Source of the DNA: Pseudomonadota bacterium
GTDB lineage: Bacteria > Pseudomonadota > Alphaproteobacteria > Paracaedibacterales > CAITNM01
Direction of reading: 5' to 3'
Assembly (NCBI GenBank): GCA_026400695.1
Contig: JAPLON010000104.1
Location: 1-30,893 of the forward strand
DNA length: 30,893 nt
Shown here one piece after another: positions 6,642 through 16,480 of this stretch. Under the pieces are notes generated by a model. It was not told the DNA's origin and searched no databases. It saw only the letters and a list, made by a program, of their open reading frames with translations. A program made the position numbers and the translations under genes. Numbering within the stretch: position 1 is the stretch's first letter; each line of letters starts with the position of its first letter.

Positions 6642-7490
6642 TTAGTTTATGTATCCTATTAACATGACATCGACATCAGGAGTATAGCGAGAAACGTTTT
6701 GTCTGGTAATGTCAGTAGGGCCATCACTTTGATTATCATAGTTATGCCATTTTCCACTTGAAAAATACATACATCTTGCATGACCATTACGTGACCACGA
6801 CGCAACAAAATCTCCTTTATAATATTTGTCATCGATCTTTATAGATCCATCGGCACAAAATTTACTAACCCCAGCTTCAATCCATTTCTTATATGGAATA
6901 GCTACAATTGGTTTACCAAAAAATAAATCTTTTGCATCCCAGTCTGTTAACACATAGTTTTCAAAATGAGGAATACTTAATTTGTTTTCCATTTCTTCTA
7001 CGACATATTCTCCAATTGCTCTTAAAACCAACTCTTTTGATGGATGCTTGTTGAACGATGCACTATCAATTGTATTTTTTGTAATTTTAACGTCTTTTAC
7101 ATAATAATTACCATTTTCATCTTTTGATAATAAGTCTTCAAAATCTTGACTCAACTTTTTATTCTGTAATACACCATATAAAAATGAATACAAAATGCAT
7201 GCGCTTTGATTGCTTGATTGCCTAAAATTCTTACTTGATGTTTTTAGATTTTTAAATTCTGATCCAGCTTCAATTTTCTCTGATAATAAAATTAGTTTTT
7301 TTTTATTTTCATTAGAGAAACTTCCATAAGAGGGAGTATATTTTTTTGATGTAGAATTATGGATAGATGACTTTGAAGATAACTCCATATCTTGAAATTC
7401 TACATTTTTTAGTGGGAAAATAGGGTCAATTAAGCAGCTAGCAAAGAATATATTACTGACGATTAGATAAACTATATTGAAACGTCGCAT
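6642..7490 (-). CDS. Hypothetical lipoprotein, possible papain/calpain-fold cysteine protease
   Basis: Lipobox-like FASC after a hydrophobic N-terminus. QSSNQSAC (Q-x6-C), NGHA and WHNYDN motifs occur in Cys-His-Asn/Asp order. Confidence 0.55.
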   Translation of the reverse strand: MRRFNIVYLIVSNIFFASCLIDPIFPLKNVEFQDMELSSKSSIHNSTSKKYTPSYGSFSNENKKKLILLSEKIEAGSEFKNLKTSSKNFRQSSNQSACILYSFLYGVLQNKKLSQDFEDLLSKDENGNYYVKDVKITKNTIDSASFNKHPSKELVLRAIGEYVVEEMENKLSIPHFENYVLTDWDAKDLFFGKPIVAIPYKKWIEAGVSKFCADGSIKIDDKYYKGDFVASWSRNGHARCMYFSSGKWHNYDNQSDGPTDITRQNVSRYTPDVDVMLIGYIN

Positions 7491-7815
7491 AAGGAGATCC
7501 TTTCTACAATTATCCCAATACGATATATAGTTTTATATATTAACAATAAGTTAACAGTTTATTATGATAAAATTACAAATTAGCTATGTAAAAAGTTTTA
7601 ACACTTGTAATGCAATGGCAGATAAATTATGGCTAATAACCCCAGGGAGAATATTATTTCGTATTAGATTTCCATTCATACCAAGCATAGTGGTATACAA
7701 AAATTGCAATGATAACTAAATCAAAAACTAAATTTCGAATTAAGTTACGTAAAAGCCTTGCAAATTGTAAAAGAAAATATTAATGGATCAATATTAAAGA
7801 TTTAATGACTATAGA

Positions 7816-8115
7816 TCAGCACCCACGTTTTAAGCTGTCTAAAATAGCTAAGTAAGAGTCTTTACTTCCTTTTTTTAATGCAATTTCGTTGGCCAAAATT
7901 TGCAAAAACTGGGCAGGTTTTTGTTGGCGAATAGCTTTATTTAATAAAATTCTATGCCAAAAAACTGATTCACTTGTGGCTTCTTGGGGCATAAGCCCTT
8001 TCGTTAAGGAAAGCTCTGGGAAAGACGACTTAGCCTTAACTTTAGGTTTGTCTGCTTTTTCTACGGGTACAGTGGCCAAAATTCCAAATAAATTATTTTG
8101 TGTAAAATTTTTCAT
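7816..8115 (-). CDS. Hypothetical protein
   Basis: 99-aa ATG ORF starting 6 bp after the mlaC stop, same strand. No recognisable motif. Confidence 0.55.
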   Translation of the reverse strand: MKNFTQNNLFGILATVPVEKADKPKVKAKSSFPELSLTKGLMPQEATSESVFWHRILLNKAIRQQKPAQFLQILANEIALKKGSKDSYLAILDSLKRGC

Positions 8116-8120
8116 CTTTA

Positions 8121-8708
8121 TTATTTAACCAATTTTGCTCTAGCATATTCCACCAATGGTTCATCACCAATGGCAGCAGCCATTTCTGATTTAAGAGTAA
8201 TAACTTGGTTAACGCCAGCAATAATTACATAAAAAATACTTTTTCCATCGGTAATCCATACTATCTCCGTCGATTTTCCATCTTTTATAAACTTAGTAGT
8301 AACCGCAAAGTCTTTGTCTTTTGCTTCAACCTTTGTAACATTGTCCAAGCGCGCATTAACCATAGCGTTTAATTTTCCTTCACTCGCATAAAAATCTAGT
8401 AAATACTGTTTAAGGTATCGTTGAACAAGCTTTTGGTCTTCACTATCTAAATGCTTGTATTTGTACTTAGCAGTTGTAAATACAGCACCTGCAATACGAT
8501 TAAGGTCAAAACTGTCGGTAATACTTTCGCTAAGCGCTTTACGTTTGTCTACATCTTTCATAGAATCATGATTGATAATATTAAGCGCCTTTGTAACAAC
8601 ATCTGTAACGAAAACACGAGCATCATCTGCACCGTCTGCTTTAACAGGTACCCAAAATGAGCACACAATAAAAAGGCTTATAAAGATTTTTTGCATATTA
8701 AATTCCAT
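8121..8708 (-). CDS. mlaC: MlaC/Ttg2D-family periplasmic phospholipid-binding protein
   Basis: Signal peptide, ARVFVTDVVTKALNII..KRKALSESITDSFDLNRIAGAVF, WI and GV terminal motifs. The start may be the second Met (8696). Confidence 0.75.
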   Translation of the reverse strand: MEFNMQKIFISLFIVCSFWVPVKADGADDARVFVTDVVTKALNIINHDSMKDVDKRKALSESITDSFDLNRIAGAVFTTAKYKYKHLDSEDQKLVQRYLKQYLLDFYASEGKLNAMVNARLDNVTKVEAKDKDFAVTTKFIKDGKSTEIVWITDGKSIFYVIIAGVNQVITLKSEMAAAIGDEPLVEYARAKLVK

Positions 8709-8742
8709 TTAAAATAATTTAACTTTACGGTAACACAAAATA

Positions 8743-10191
8743 ATGAATAAAGCATTAAAATTATTAATAAAATTTATATCAAAAATTAATTTTTCAAGTA
8801 TTTATTTTTTAATACTTGCAGCTTTAATTGGAGGGTTAGCTTTTGCACCATTTAACCAACCGATAGCATTATTTTTTTCAATATATACTCTTTTATCCAA
8901 CTTACAAATGCAACCTACTTTTAAAAATTTTTTTAAAAACTCTGCTATTTTTTGTTTCTTCTTTTTTCTTTCCCACCTTTATTGGGTATGTTGGGCTGTA
9001 AATGTTTATGGCTTACCTATGGCAATGCCACTGGTTCTAATTGGCATGCCGTTGATTATAGGAATATTTCCTACCATATGCATGGTACCAAGTTACTATT
9101 TCAAAGAAAATAAAGTTAAGTTTGCATGGATCTTAGGAGCTGGATGGTGGATCAGCGAAATAGCAAGAAGCTTTTTATTTACAGGATTTCCGTGGAATTT
9201 AAACGGATATATATGGAATTTATCAATTTTACAAAGCACACGTTTTTTTGGAATTTTTGGATTATCGCTATTAACTATGTCAGCTTGTGTAGTTTTATTT
9301 ACCAAACAAAAACGCTTATCCATACTTGCATTATGCAGCTTTTTAGGACTTTGGATTGATGGCAATATACGCCTTCGGTCATCTCAAATAAATACCGAAA
9401 CTAATGTAAGGTTGGTTCAACCAGCAATTGACCAACGTCAAAAATGGCAATCTAGTTTTTTTGAAAAAAACATAGAACGCCTTGAAATGCTCACCACCAA
9501 AAAAGGTGAAAAAACTATTCATCTTACTATTTGGCCTGAAGCAGCTGTGACAGTACCTTTGGATCGTTATATTAATTTAACTGAACATCTAAGTGGCATG
9601 ATTAGCCAAGGATACCTCATAACTGGAGCACCAAGGATTACCCATAATCCAGACCAAGTATTTAGCAGTCTGCAGGCAATTGCCCCTAATGGGTTAATTT
9701 TAGCAACTTTCGATAAATTTCATTTAGTGCCGTTCGGTGAGTACGTTCCTTTACGTAACCTAAACCCGTTTCCAAAGCTTACCCAAGGAACAATGGACTA
9801 CTCACCAGGAACTGGACCGAAAACAATTACATTACAAGGTATTCCACCTTTCAGTCCCCTAATTTGCTATGAAGCAATATTTAGCGGCGCTGTTATAGAT
9901 CCTTTAAACCGTCCGCAATGGCTATTAAATGTTACTAATGATGCTTGGTATGGCCATACAAGCGGACCATATCAACACCTTAAAATTGTGCAAGTTAGAG
10001 CTATTGAAGAAGGTTTACCTTTAATTCGTGTTGCAAATAATGGAATCAGTGCTGTAATTGATGCTTATGGTAGAATAATTCACCAACTTGAACTCGATAA
10101 AATTGGAGTTATTGATGCTAGCTTACCGGTATCACTACCAGAAACTTTGTATCGAAAATTGATTAATTTTATTAATTTCGCAGTTGCATAA
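8743..10191 (+). CDS. lnt: Apolipoprotein N-acyltransferase
   Basis: FTGFPWN, IWPEAA, DKFHLVPFGEYVP, ICYEAIF, TNDAWYG, RAIEEG. Confidence 0.96.
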   Translation: MNKALKLLIKFISKINFSSIYFLILAALIGGLAFAPFNQPIALFFSIYTLLSNLQMQPTFKNFFKNSAIFCFFFFLSHLYWVCWAVNVYGLPMAMPLVLIGMPLIIGIFPTICMVPSYYFKENKVKFAWILGAGWWISEIARSFLFTGFPWNLNGYIWNLSILQSTRFFGIFGLSLLTMSACVVLFTKQKRLSILALCSFLGLWIDGNIRLRSSQINTETNVRLVQPAIDQRQKWQSSFFEKNIERLEMLTTKKGEKTIHLTIWPEAAVTVPLDRYINLTEHLSGMISQGYLITGAPRITHNPDQVFSSLQAIAPNGLILATFDKFHLVPFGEYVPLRNLNPFPKLTQGTMDYSPGTGPKTITLQGIPPFSPLICYEAIFSGAVIDPLNRPQWLLNVTNDAWYGHTSGPYQHLKIVQVRAIEEGLPLIRVANNGISAVIDAYGRIIHQLELDKIGVIDASLPVSLPETLYRKLINFINFAVA

Positions 10192-10386
10192 AAGAAAAAT
10201 TATCTTTAAACATTTAGAATGCAAATAATCTAGCAATGCAATCTGGTTTTTCAGGGGAGTGCTTTTATAAATCTGCGCCATAAAAAAGGAAAAGATAGAT
10301 TAGAGCTTTTAAAAAATCATTTAGATGATGTTGATTTACAGCTACTTAGAGAATCTACAAATGATGAGCTAGAACTAGCTGATACC

Positions 10387-11514
10387 TTGATTGAAAATTC
10401 CGTTGGTTATTTTCAACTACCTTTTGCTGTAGCTCCAGGAATAACTATAAATGGCAAACTTCACCCATTAATTCCCTTAGTAATTGAAGAAACATCTGTT
10501 GTAGCAGGACTTTGTAAAAGTATTTTGTTTACTAATTCACATGGCACTATCTCAGCATCACAATCTGGAGATGGATTTATTGGTCAAATTCACTTCCCTA
10601 ATATTAAAAACGTTGAAAATTTTGAACTCAGCATATTAGCCTGCAAGGATTACTTACTTACCAAAGCAAATCAAGGGCCATGTGAAAATATGGTACAAAG
10701 AGGCGGAGGGGTTAAGGATATAACCGTTAGATTAATTACCAGAAATGACGGTAAGACAATGGGAGTAATACACGTTCTGGTTGATACCAAAGATGCCATG
10801 GGGGCCAACACTATTAACCAAACCTGTGAATACCTTAAGCCTATGGTTGAAGCAGCAAGTGGTGAGCAAGCTCTATTATGCATTTTGTCAAACTACAACA
10901 CAGAAAAAATTACCAAGGTCGAAATTACTATAGAAGGAATTGATGAAACCTTAGCTAAGCGCATTGAAGAAGCTTCCGTTATAGCACAATTTGACCATTA
11001 TCGGGCAGTCACACACAACAAAGGAATTATGAATGGTATGGATGCCATTTGCCTGGCCACCGGCAACGATTGGCGAGCCTTAGAAGCTGGTATGCATGGT
11101 TTTGCTGCTCGTAATGGGCAATATCGAGGTCTTTCTAACTGGGTATCTGAAGGGAAACAGCTCAAGGGAATACTAGAAGGACCAATCAATGTTGGTATTG
11201 TAGGAGGTGTAACAAATATCCACCCTCTGGCAGCTTTGGCTCTACGCTGCCTAAAAGTAGAAAGCTCAACAGAGCTGGCATATGTAATTGGGGCTATAGG
11301 AATAATTCAAAATTTTGCAGCATTGCGTGCGCTAGTAACTGATGGTATTGCTAAAGGCCATATGCGATTACATTTAAAAAATCTACTTAAGCAAACAGAT
11401 GCAACAGAACCAGAACAAGAAAAGGCTTTAAAACTACTTGAGAAAATATTTGATACCAAGCATTATGTAAGCGCCAATGATGCCCATAATGTTTTAAAAG
11501 AATTAAGATCGTGA
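10387..11514 (+). CDS. mvaA: Class II HMG-CoA reductase (true start probably upstream of 10387)
   Basis: IEETSVVAG, DAMGAN, THNKGIMNG, GNDWRA, GHMRLH. The frame is open back to 10234. Confidence 0.93.
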   Translation: MIENSVGYFQLPFAVAPGITINGKLHPLIPLVIEETSVVAGLCKSILFTNSHGTISASQSGDGFIGQIHFPNIKNVENFELSILACKDYLLTKANQGPCENMVQRGGGVKDITVRLITRNDGKTMGVIHVLVDTKDAMGANTINQTCEYLKPMVEAASGEQALLCILSNYNTEKITKVEITIEGIDETLAKRIEEASVIAQFDHYRAVTHNKGIMNGMDAICLATGNDWRALEAGMHGFAARNGQYRGLSNWVSEGKQLKGILEGPINVGIVGGVTNIHPLAALALRCLKVESSTELAYVIGAIGIIQNFAALRALVTDGIAKGHMRLHLKNLLKQTDATEPEQEKALKLLEKIFDTKHYVSANDAHNVLKELRS

Positions 11515-12356
11515 TTAGTCATCCAGCTAAGTGCATTTTATCGGGAGAGCACACCGTGTTAAATGGGGGAATTGCCCTTGTTAGCCCGCTTAAAGCCTAC
11601 AGTACAACCATAGAATACCAAGGATCATCAAGCCTTGAGATGTTTTTCAATAGCAGACCTTTTACAAAATGTATTTTAAGTTTGCTACAAAACCTAGCTC
11701 TATTACCCAGAACATTTTCTGGAATTCTCAATGTGAATTCAAACATTCCCCAGGCTTCTGGACTGGGAAGCTCTGCTGCTTTGTGCGTAGCAATAGCTAA
11801 CTTGCTTGTACAACATGGCTACATTTTAGCAGAAAAAATTTTTGAAGTAGCCAGAATGTGTGAAAACCTCTTTCATGGTAAAAGTAGTGGCGTTGATATT
11901 GCGGGAGTTATGTCAAACAGTGTTTTGCTTTACTCTATGGAAAACGGTCCCAGCAGCTTTATACCAGCATGGCAACCACATCTTTATGTTTCTTATTCTG
12001 GTATACCTTCTAATACCCAACAGGCTGTGACAAAAGTACTAAAATATCGCGATAACTTTCCAAATGCTGGAACAGATCAAAGTATGGAAAATGCTACCCA
12101 ACAAATTTATAGTGCCCTTGTTAGTATTGATATTAAAGGTCGCTTGCAGCAATTACGAGATGGCTTAAATCAATCTAGTGAATGTTTTGAAGAATGGGGA
12201 TTAATTGGAGATTTTTTGCGAACACATCAAAGTAAATTAATTGAAGCAGGAGCAATAGCCGTAAAACCAACTGGATCTGGTGAGGGAGGACATGTTTTAA
12301 GTCTTTGGCAAGATACTCCGCCAGCACATCTTAATTTAATACCCGTTAATCTATGA
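11511..12356 (+). CDS. mvaK1: Mevalonate kinase (GHMP)
   Basis: PAKCILSGEH, PQASGLGSSAA, HGKSSGVD, KPTGSGEGG. GTGA overlap with HMGR. Confidence 0.88.
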   Translation: MISHPAKCILSGEHTVLNGGIALVSPLKAYSTTIEYQGSSSLEMFFNSRPFTKCILSLLQNLALLPRTFSGILNVNSNIPQASGLGSSAALCVAIANLLVQHGYILAEKIFEVARMCENLFHGKSSGVDIAGVMSNSVLLYSMENGPSSFIPAWQPHLYVSYSGIPSNTQQAVTKVLKYRDNFPNAGTDQSMENATQQIYSALVSIDIKGRLQQLRDGLNQSSECFEEWGLIGDFLRTHQSKLIEAGAIAVKPTGSGEGGHVLSLWQDTPPAHLNLIPVNL

Positions 12357-13234
12357 TAAAAATTAGTGCGCCTGGAAGTATGCTTATGTTTGGTGAACAT
12401 AGTGTATTGCGGGGAGGTCAGTCTATTGTTTTAGCAATTAATAAGCGAATACATGTAAGCTTAGAACCAAGAGCAGATAAATTAATTAGTATCAACTCTT
12501 GTTTGGGAACCTTCGAAATTTCTCTTGAAAATATAGATGTACAACCTCCATTTCAGTACGTTTTACAAGCTTTAAAAAATTATCCTCCATCTTTTGGCCT
12601 AAATATTTCAATAGTTTCTGAAATGTCGCCAACTATGGGATTAGGCACTTCAGCTGCGGTTGTTGTTGCACTAATTGCTGGCTTAATTACCCTAGCCAAC
12701 GATGATATAAATCAATTATTTTCAAAAGTACTTCAAGTTATCAGGCAAATACAAGGAATTGGATCTGGCGCTGACGTTATGGCAAGTATTAAAGGAGGAG
12801 CTGGTTTATTTCAAAATCGTCAATACCAACCATTAACATTGCTCATTGAACTTTTCGCTACCTACTTTGGTAAAAAAATACCTACAGCAGAAGTAGTTCA
12901 GTATGTAGCAAAACGATTTATTGATTATGCTGAACTGCTAAAAAATTTAGATATGGCTAATAATGCAATTACTAAAGAGGCAGCTAAATCTTTAGATAAT
13001 GCCCAACGACTAGGTGATCTTTTTAATATAAGTTCAGGACTTATGGGAGCATTTGGTGTACATACGAAAGAAATTGAAGATTTTTTATGGGAGCTACGCG
13101 AACAATCATTTGGCGTTAAGCTATCTGGTTCAGGACTGGGAGATTGTGCAATTGGCGTAGTTAAAAACGGTTTTTATCCAGAAGGTAGTTTTCCAATTAC
13201 AATAGCACCACAAGGTTTAAAGATTGAAAAATGA
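12353..13234 (+). CDS. mvaK2: Phosphomevalonate kinase (GHMP)
   Basis: APGSMLMFGEH, GLGTSAA, GSGADV, KLSGSGLGDC. Position in the cluster supports the call. ATGA overlap. Confidence 0.8.
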   Translation: MIKISAPGSMLMFGEHSVLRGGQSIVLAINKRIHVSLEPRADKLISINSCLGTFEISLENIDVQPPFQYVLQALKNYPPSFGLNISIVSEMSPTMGLGTSAAVVVALIAGLITLANDDINQLFSKVLQVIRQIQGIGSGADVMASIKGGAGLFQNRQYQPLTLLIELFATYFGKKIPTAEVVQYVAKRFIDYAELLKNLDMANNAITKEAAKSLDNAQRLGDLFNISSGLMGAFGVHTKEIEDFLWELREQSFGVKLSGSGLGDCAIGVVKNGFYPEGSFPITIAPQGLKIEK

Positions 13235-14229
13235 TTGATAAAAAAAGTTATGTAGGTCAACTAATTTCACTAAAAATTCCTACCATAGAATTCTCTGAGG
13301 CTTTTGCTCCCTCAAACATTGCCTTATGTAAATATTGGGGAAAAAGAAATTTAGATTTAAATATACCATCAACACCAAGCTTATCAATATCTCTGGGTAA
13401 TCGCGGTACCAAAGTTCAACTATCAATTGCCCCCCAAAATTCGTTGAGTATAAACGGTAAATGCATTGCCCAAGAATCTCCTGTTTTTAAGCGTACCTTT
13501 GATTTCATAGAATTATTGGTACCTAAAAATATAAAACTGTCAGTGCAAAGCGAAAACAACATTCCCACAGCTGCTGGATTAGCATCATCTGCCAGTTTTT
13601 TTGCAGCACTCACTATTTCCTTAGACAAATTATGTAGCTGGAAAGTATCTCTTCAAACTCTTTCATGTTTGGCACGCCTTGGAAGTGGTAGTGCCTGCCG
13701 TTCATTACACCATGGATTTGTAAAGTGGCTTAGTTGTGATGACCCTTTTCAGTCATATGGCATACCAATGGACGTACAATGGGAAGAACTACGAATTGGT
13801 TTATTAATTTTCGATGATAAAGAAAAACTTATGCCATCACGTCAAGCAATGTTGCACACCCAAAACACTTCATCTTTATACCAATCATGGTGCGAAAATT
13901 CCAATTCTGATTTTGAAATTTTTCATAATGCAATTGAAAAAAAGAATTTTCAAGCGCTTGGTGAAACAGCTGAGTACAATGCTCTTTCCCTACACGCCGT
14001 TATGCTTTCTGCCAGACCTGCCATTATCTACAGTCAGCCTGAAACACTGAAAGCAATCATAAAAATACATGTATTACGACAAAATGGTATTCAAGTTTAC
14101 TTCACACAAGATGCAGGACCTAATTTAAAGCTAATATTTCTAGAAAATGATCTTGAGTGTATTTTAGAAGATTTTCCCAGAATGGAAGTAATAAATCCTT
14201 TCTCTAGGGTAGACAATCTCAGCACTTGA
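13231..14229 (+). CDS. mvaD: Diphosphomevalonate decarboxylase
   Basis: APSNIALCKYWGKR, NNIPTAAGLASSAS, RLGSGSACRS, TQDAGPN. ATGA overlap. Confidence 0.96.
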   Translation: MIDKKSYVGQLISLKIPTIEFSEAFAPSNIALCKYWGKRNLDLNIPSTPSLSISLGNRGTKVQLSIAPQNSLSINGKCIAQESPVFKRTFDFIELLVPKNIKLSVQSENNIPTAAGLASSASFFAALTISLDKLCSWKVSLQTLSCLARLGSGSACRSLHHGFVKWLSCDDPFQSYGIPMDVQWEELRIGLLIFDDKEKLMPSRQAMLHTQNTSSLYQSWCENSNSDFEIFHNAIEKKNFQALGETAEYNALSLHAVMLSARPAIIYSQPETLKAIIKIHVLRQNGIQVYFTQDAGPNLKLIFLENDLECILEDFPRMEVINPFSRVDNLST

Positions 14230-14274
14230 TTATATTATTCACCAGAGCAATTTTTTATTTTATAAAAAATCTAT

Positions 14275-15393
14275 ATGTCTGTTGGAATTGAATCAATTGG
14301 AATAAAATTGCCTTCATATGTGATTGAGGCAAAAAAAATTGCTAAACTTAGAGGAATGCCAGAGGAAAAAGCAACTATAGGTTTAGGTTGCCATATGGTT
14401 GGTTTGTGCTTTGATCAAGAAACAGTCGTTGATTTAGCTGTAAGCGCTGCCGAACGAGCTATTGCTCGTTGGGAAGGCAACATCAATGAAATTGGCATGA
14501 TTGTAGTAGGCACTGAATCATCGTTAGATGAAGCTCGTCCATTAAGTGCTTGGATAGCGGAACGATTACAACTAAGCGGACATATACGTTCATATGAAGT
14601 TAAGCATGCTTGTTATGCTGGTACGCTAGCGTTGCGCCAAGCCGTTGAATGGAAAAAAGCAACCAATTCGCCTAAAAGTGCTTTGGTAATTGCTGTTGAC
14701 GTTTGTTTATATGCACCTGGACATGCCGCTGAGGTAACTCAAGGTGCAGGTGCAGTTGCAATGATCGTAGGCGATGATTCTATTTGCTCTGTTGATCTGC
14801 AAACTTATCCATATAGTGAGCCATGTTTTGATTTTTGGCGTCCAACTGGTGATGTTTTTCCAACTGTAGATAGCAAAAAAAGTTTAAATGCCTACCTAAA
14901 GGCTACGGAAAATTGTTTTAAGGCATTGTTTGCGGATCAACCCAATTTATTTTTTGAAAGCTTCAGGTCTATCTGCTTTCACGTGCCATTTCCCAAAATG
15001 GTGCTTAAGGCATTTAAAAATCTTTCTTTATCTTTCAATCTTTCAGAATTTGAACAACATAAATTATTAAGAGACAAAATTTTGCCGTACATTACGTGGA
15101 ATAAGGAAGTTGGTAATGCATATTCTGCAAGTCTTTGGATAAGTGTTGCGCAAGCACTAGAAACAGCAAAAGTAGGCGAAAAAATTGCTTGTTTTTCCTA
15201 TGGTTCTGGCTTTGGCTCAGAACTTTTTGTACTTGAGCGTAATCATAGAAGCGGAGATTGGGCAAAAGATGTAAAAATAGATTTAGATATGCGCGAAGAA
15301 ATTTCTATTGAAGAGTATGATAAGTGGCGTAAAAAAGAGTTTTTTAAATTAGACAAACAAGAAGTCTTAACGGATGTAGCTGAGGTTGCATAA
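14275..15393 (+). CDS. mvaS: HMG-CoA synthase
   Basis: GTES (Glu), YEVKHACYAGT (Cys), TQGAGAVAM, DFWRP, FHVPF (His), VGNAYSAS, FSYGSG. Confidence 0.93.
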   Translation: MSVGIESIGIKLPSYVIEAKKIAKLRGMPEEKATIGLGCHMVGLCFDQETVVDLAVSAAERAIARWEGNINEIGMIVVGTESSLDEARPLSAWIAERLQLSGHIRSYEVKHACYAGTLALRQAVEWKKATNSPKSALVIAVDVCLYAPGHAAEVTQGAGAVAMIVGDDSICSVDLQTYPYSEPCFDFWRPTGDVFPTVDSKKSLNAYLKATENCFKALFADQPNLFFESFRSICFHVPFPKMVLKAFKNLSLSFNLSEFEQHKLLRDKILPYITWNKEVGNAYSASLWISVAQALETAKVGEKIACFSYGSGFGSELFVLERNHRSGDWAKDVKIDLDMREEISIEEYDKWRKKEFFKLDKQEVLTDVAEVA

Positions 15394-15578
15394 AAAAGCC
15401 GTCAACATAAAAATTCATTCTCACTTGCAATTATAATACCAAGAAAATAACTGCGTGTACCATATAGCCAAGGAAGATTTGATAGCACTATCAACGATCC
15501 CCCTCCTCACATTAATTCTATGGTAGAATTTTTGACTTTATTTTGTTAGCTTGGAATGAAATAAGTTTTAACTGAATT

Positions 15579-16421
15579 ATGCCAAAAACAGATAGCTGTA
15601 TATCTTTTTATTTACAAAATGCCGCAATACGTGGGCAATTTTGCAGGATTAGCAAATCAATAACTAGTGCTTTAGTTAATCACTCATACCCCAATAGCAT
15701 TAATAGACTTTTAGCAGAAATGACTGCTGTTTCTCACTGTTTAGCTATGAACGCAAAATCTGAGTATCAAGCAGTAATGCAATTAACAGGAACGGCACCT
15801 GTACGCGCAGCTCTTGTAGACTTGTATGACAATGGTCTCTTTAGATGTTGCGCCTCATTTGCAGACAAACCTAGTTCAAAAGATATAAGCTACAATACAG
15901 TGCCTGAATTTTTTGGACATAATGCTAAATTACTTTTTACTATGGACATTAAAGAACAAAGATATCAAACATTGATTGAACTACTACATTCTAAATTAGA
16001 AGATTGTTTTCAAGACTATTTTGATCAATCAGAACAGATTCCATCAGTAGTAATGATTGCCAGTAAATCATCAGATACGAAAGTAGAAGCTGCCTCTTTA
16101 ATTTTACATAAAATACCAGATCTTACAAATAGTAATGAAGCAAACGACAATTGGGAGACAGCAAAAATTTTTACACAAACTATAAAAACTGATGAGCTAA
16201 TGGATCTAAATACAGATATGGAAAAGCTTATTAACCTTGTTTACAATGAATTTAGCCCCATTGTTTCACGTGAAACAACTATTAATTTTCAATGCAAATG
16301 CTCTGAAAAAAAATTTAAAAAGACTTTGTTTCAGCTAGGCATTTCTGAAAACTCATTGGAAGTTATCTGTGAATATTGCAATAAAAAATATTGCATAGAC
16401 ATTGAGTGCAAAAATTCATAA
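15579..16421 (+). CDS. hslO: Hsp33 redox-regulated chaperone
   Basis: RGQF..I, FDQSEQIPS, and the C-terminal CKCS..CEYC zinc motif. Confidence 0.88.
   Translation: MPKTDSCISFYLQNAAIRGQFCRISKSITSALVNHSYPNSINRLLAEMTAVSHCLAMNAKSEYQAVMQLTGTAPVRAALVDLYDNGLFRCCASFADKPSSKDISYNTVPEFFGHNAKLLFTMDIKEQRYQTLIELLHSKLEDCFQDYFDQSEQIPSVVMIASKSSDTKVEAASLILHKIPDLTNSNEANDNWETAKIFTQTIKTDELMDLNTDMEKLINLVYNEFSPIVSRETTINFQCKCSEKKFKKTLFQLGISENSLEVICEYCNKKYCIDIECKNS
16262..16277. promoter_or_regulatory. parS centromere site (inside hslO)
   Basis: Perfect consensus palindrome TGTTTCACGTGAAACA. Confidence 0.93.
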
Positions 16422-16480
16422 AATCGTAGGCGTAAGCTAAATATTAAGGCAAACCTATAAAATCATTAGAAAAATATGAC

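Noticed and set aside
15460-15525. Possible sRNA with an anti-SD-like CCCCTCCTC motif and small hairpin between mvaS and hslO
   Set aside because: Only a 7-bp hairpin and a short motif, with no clear terminator. Insufficient support.
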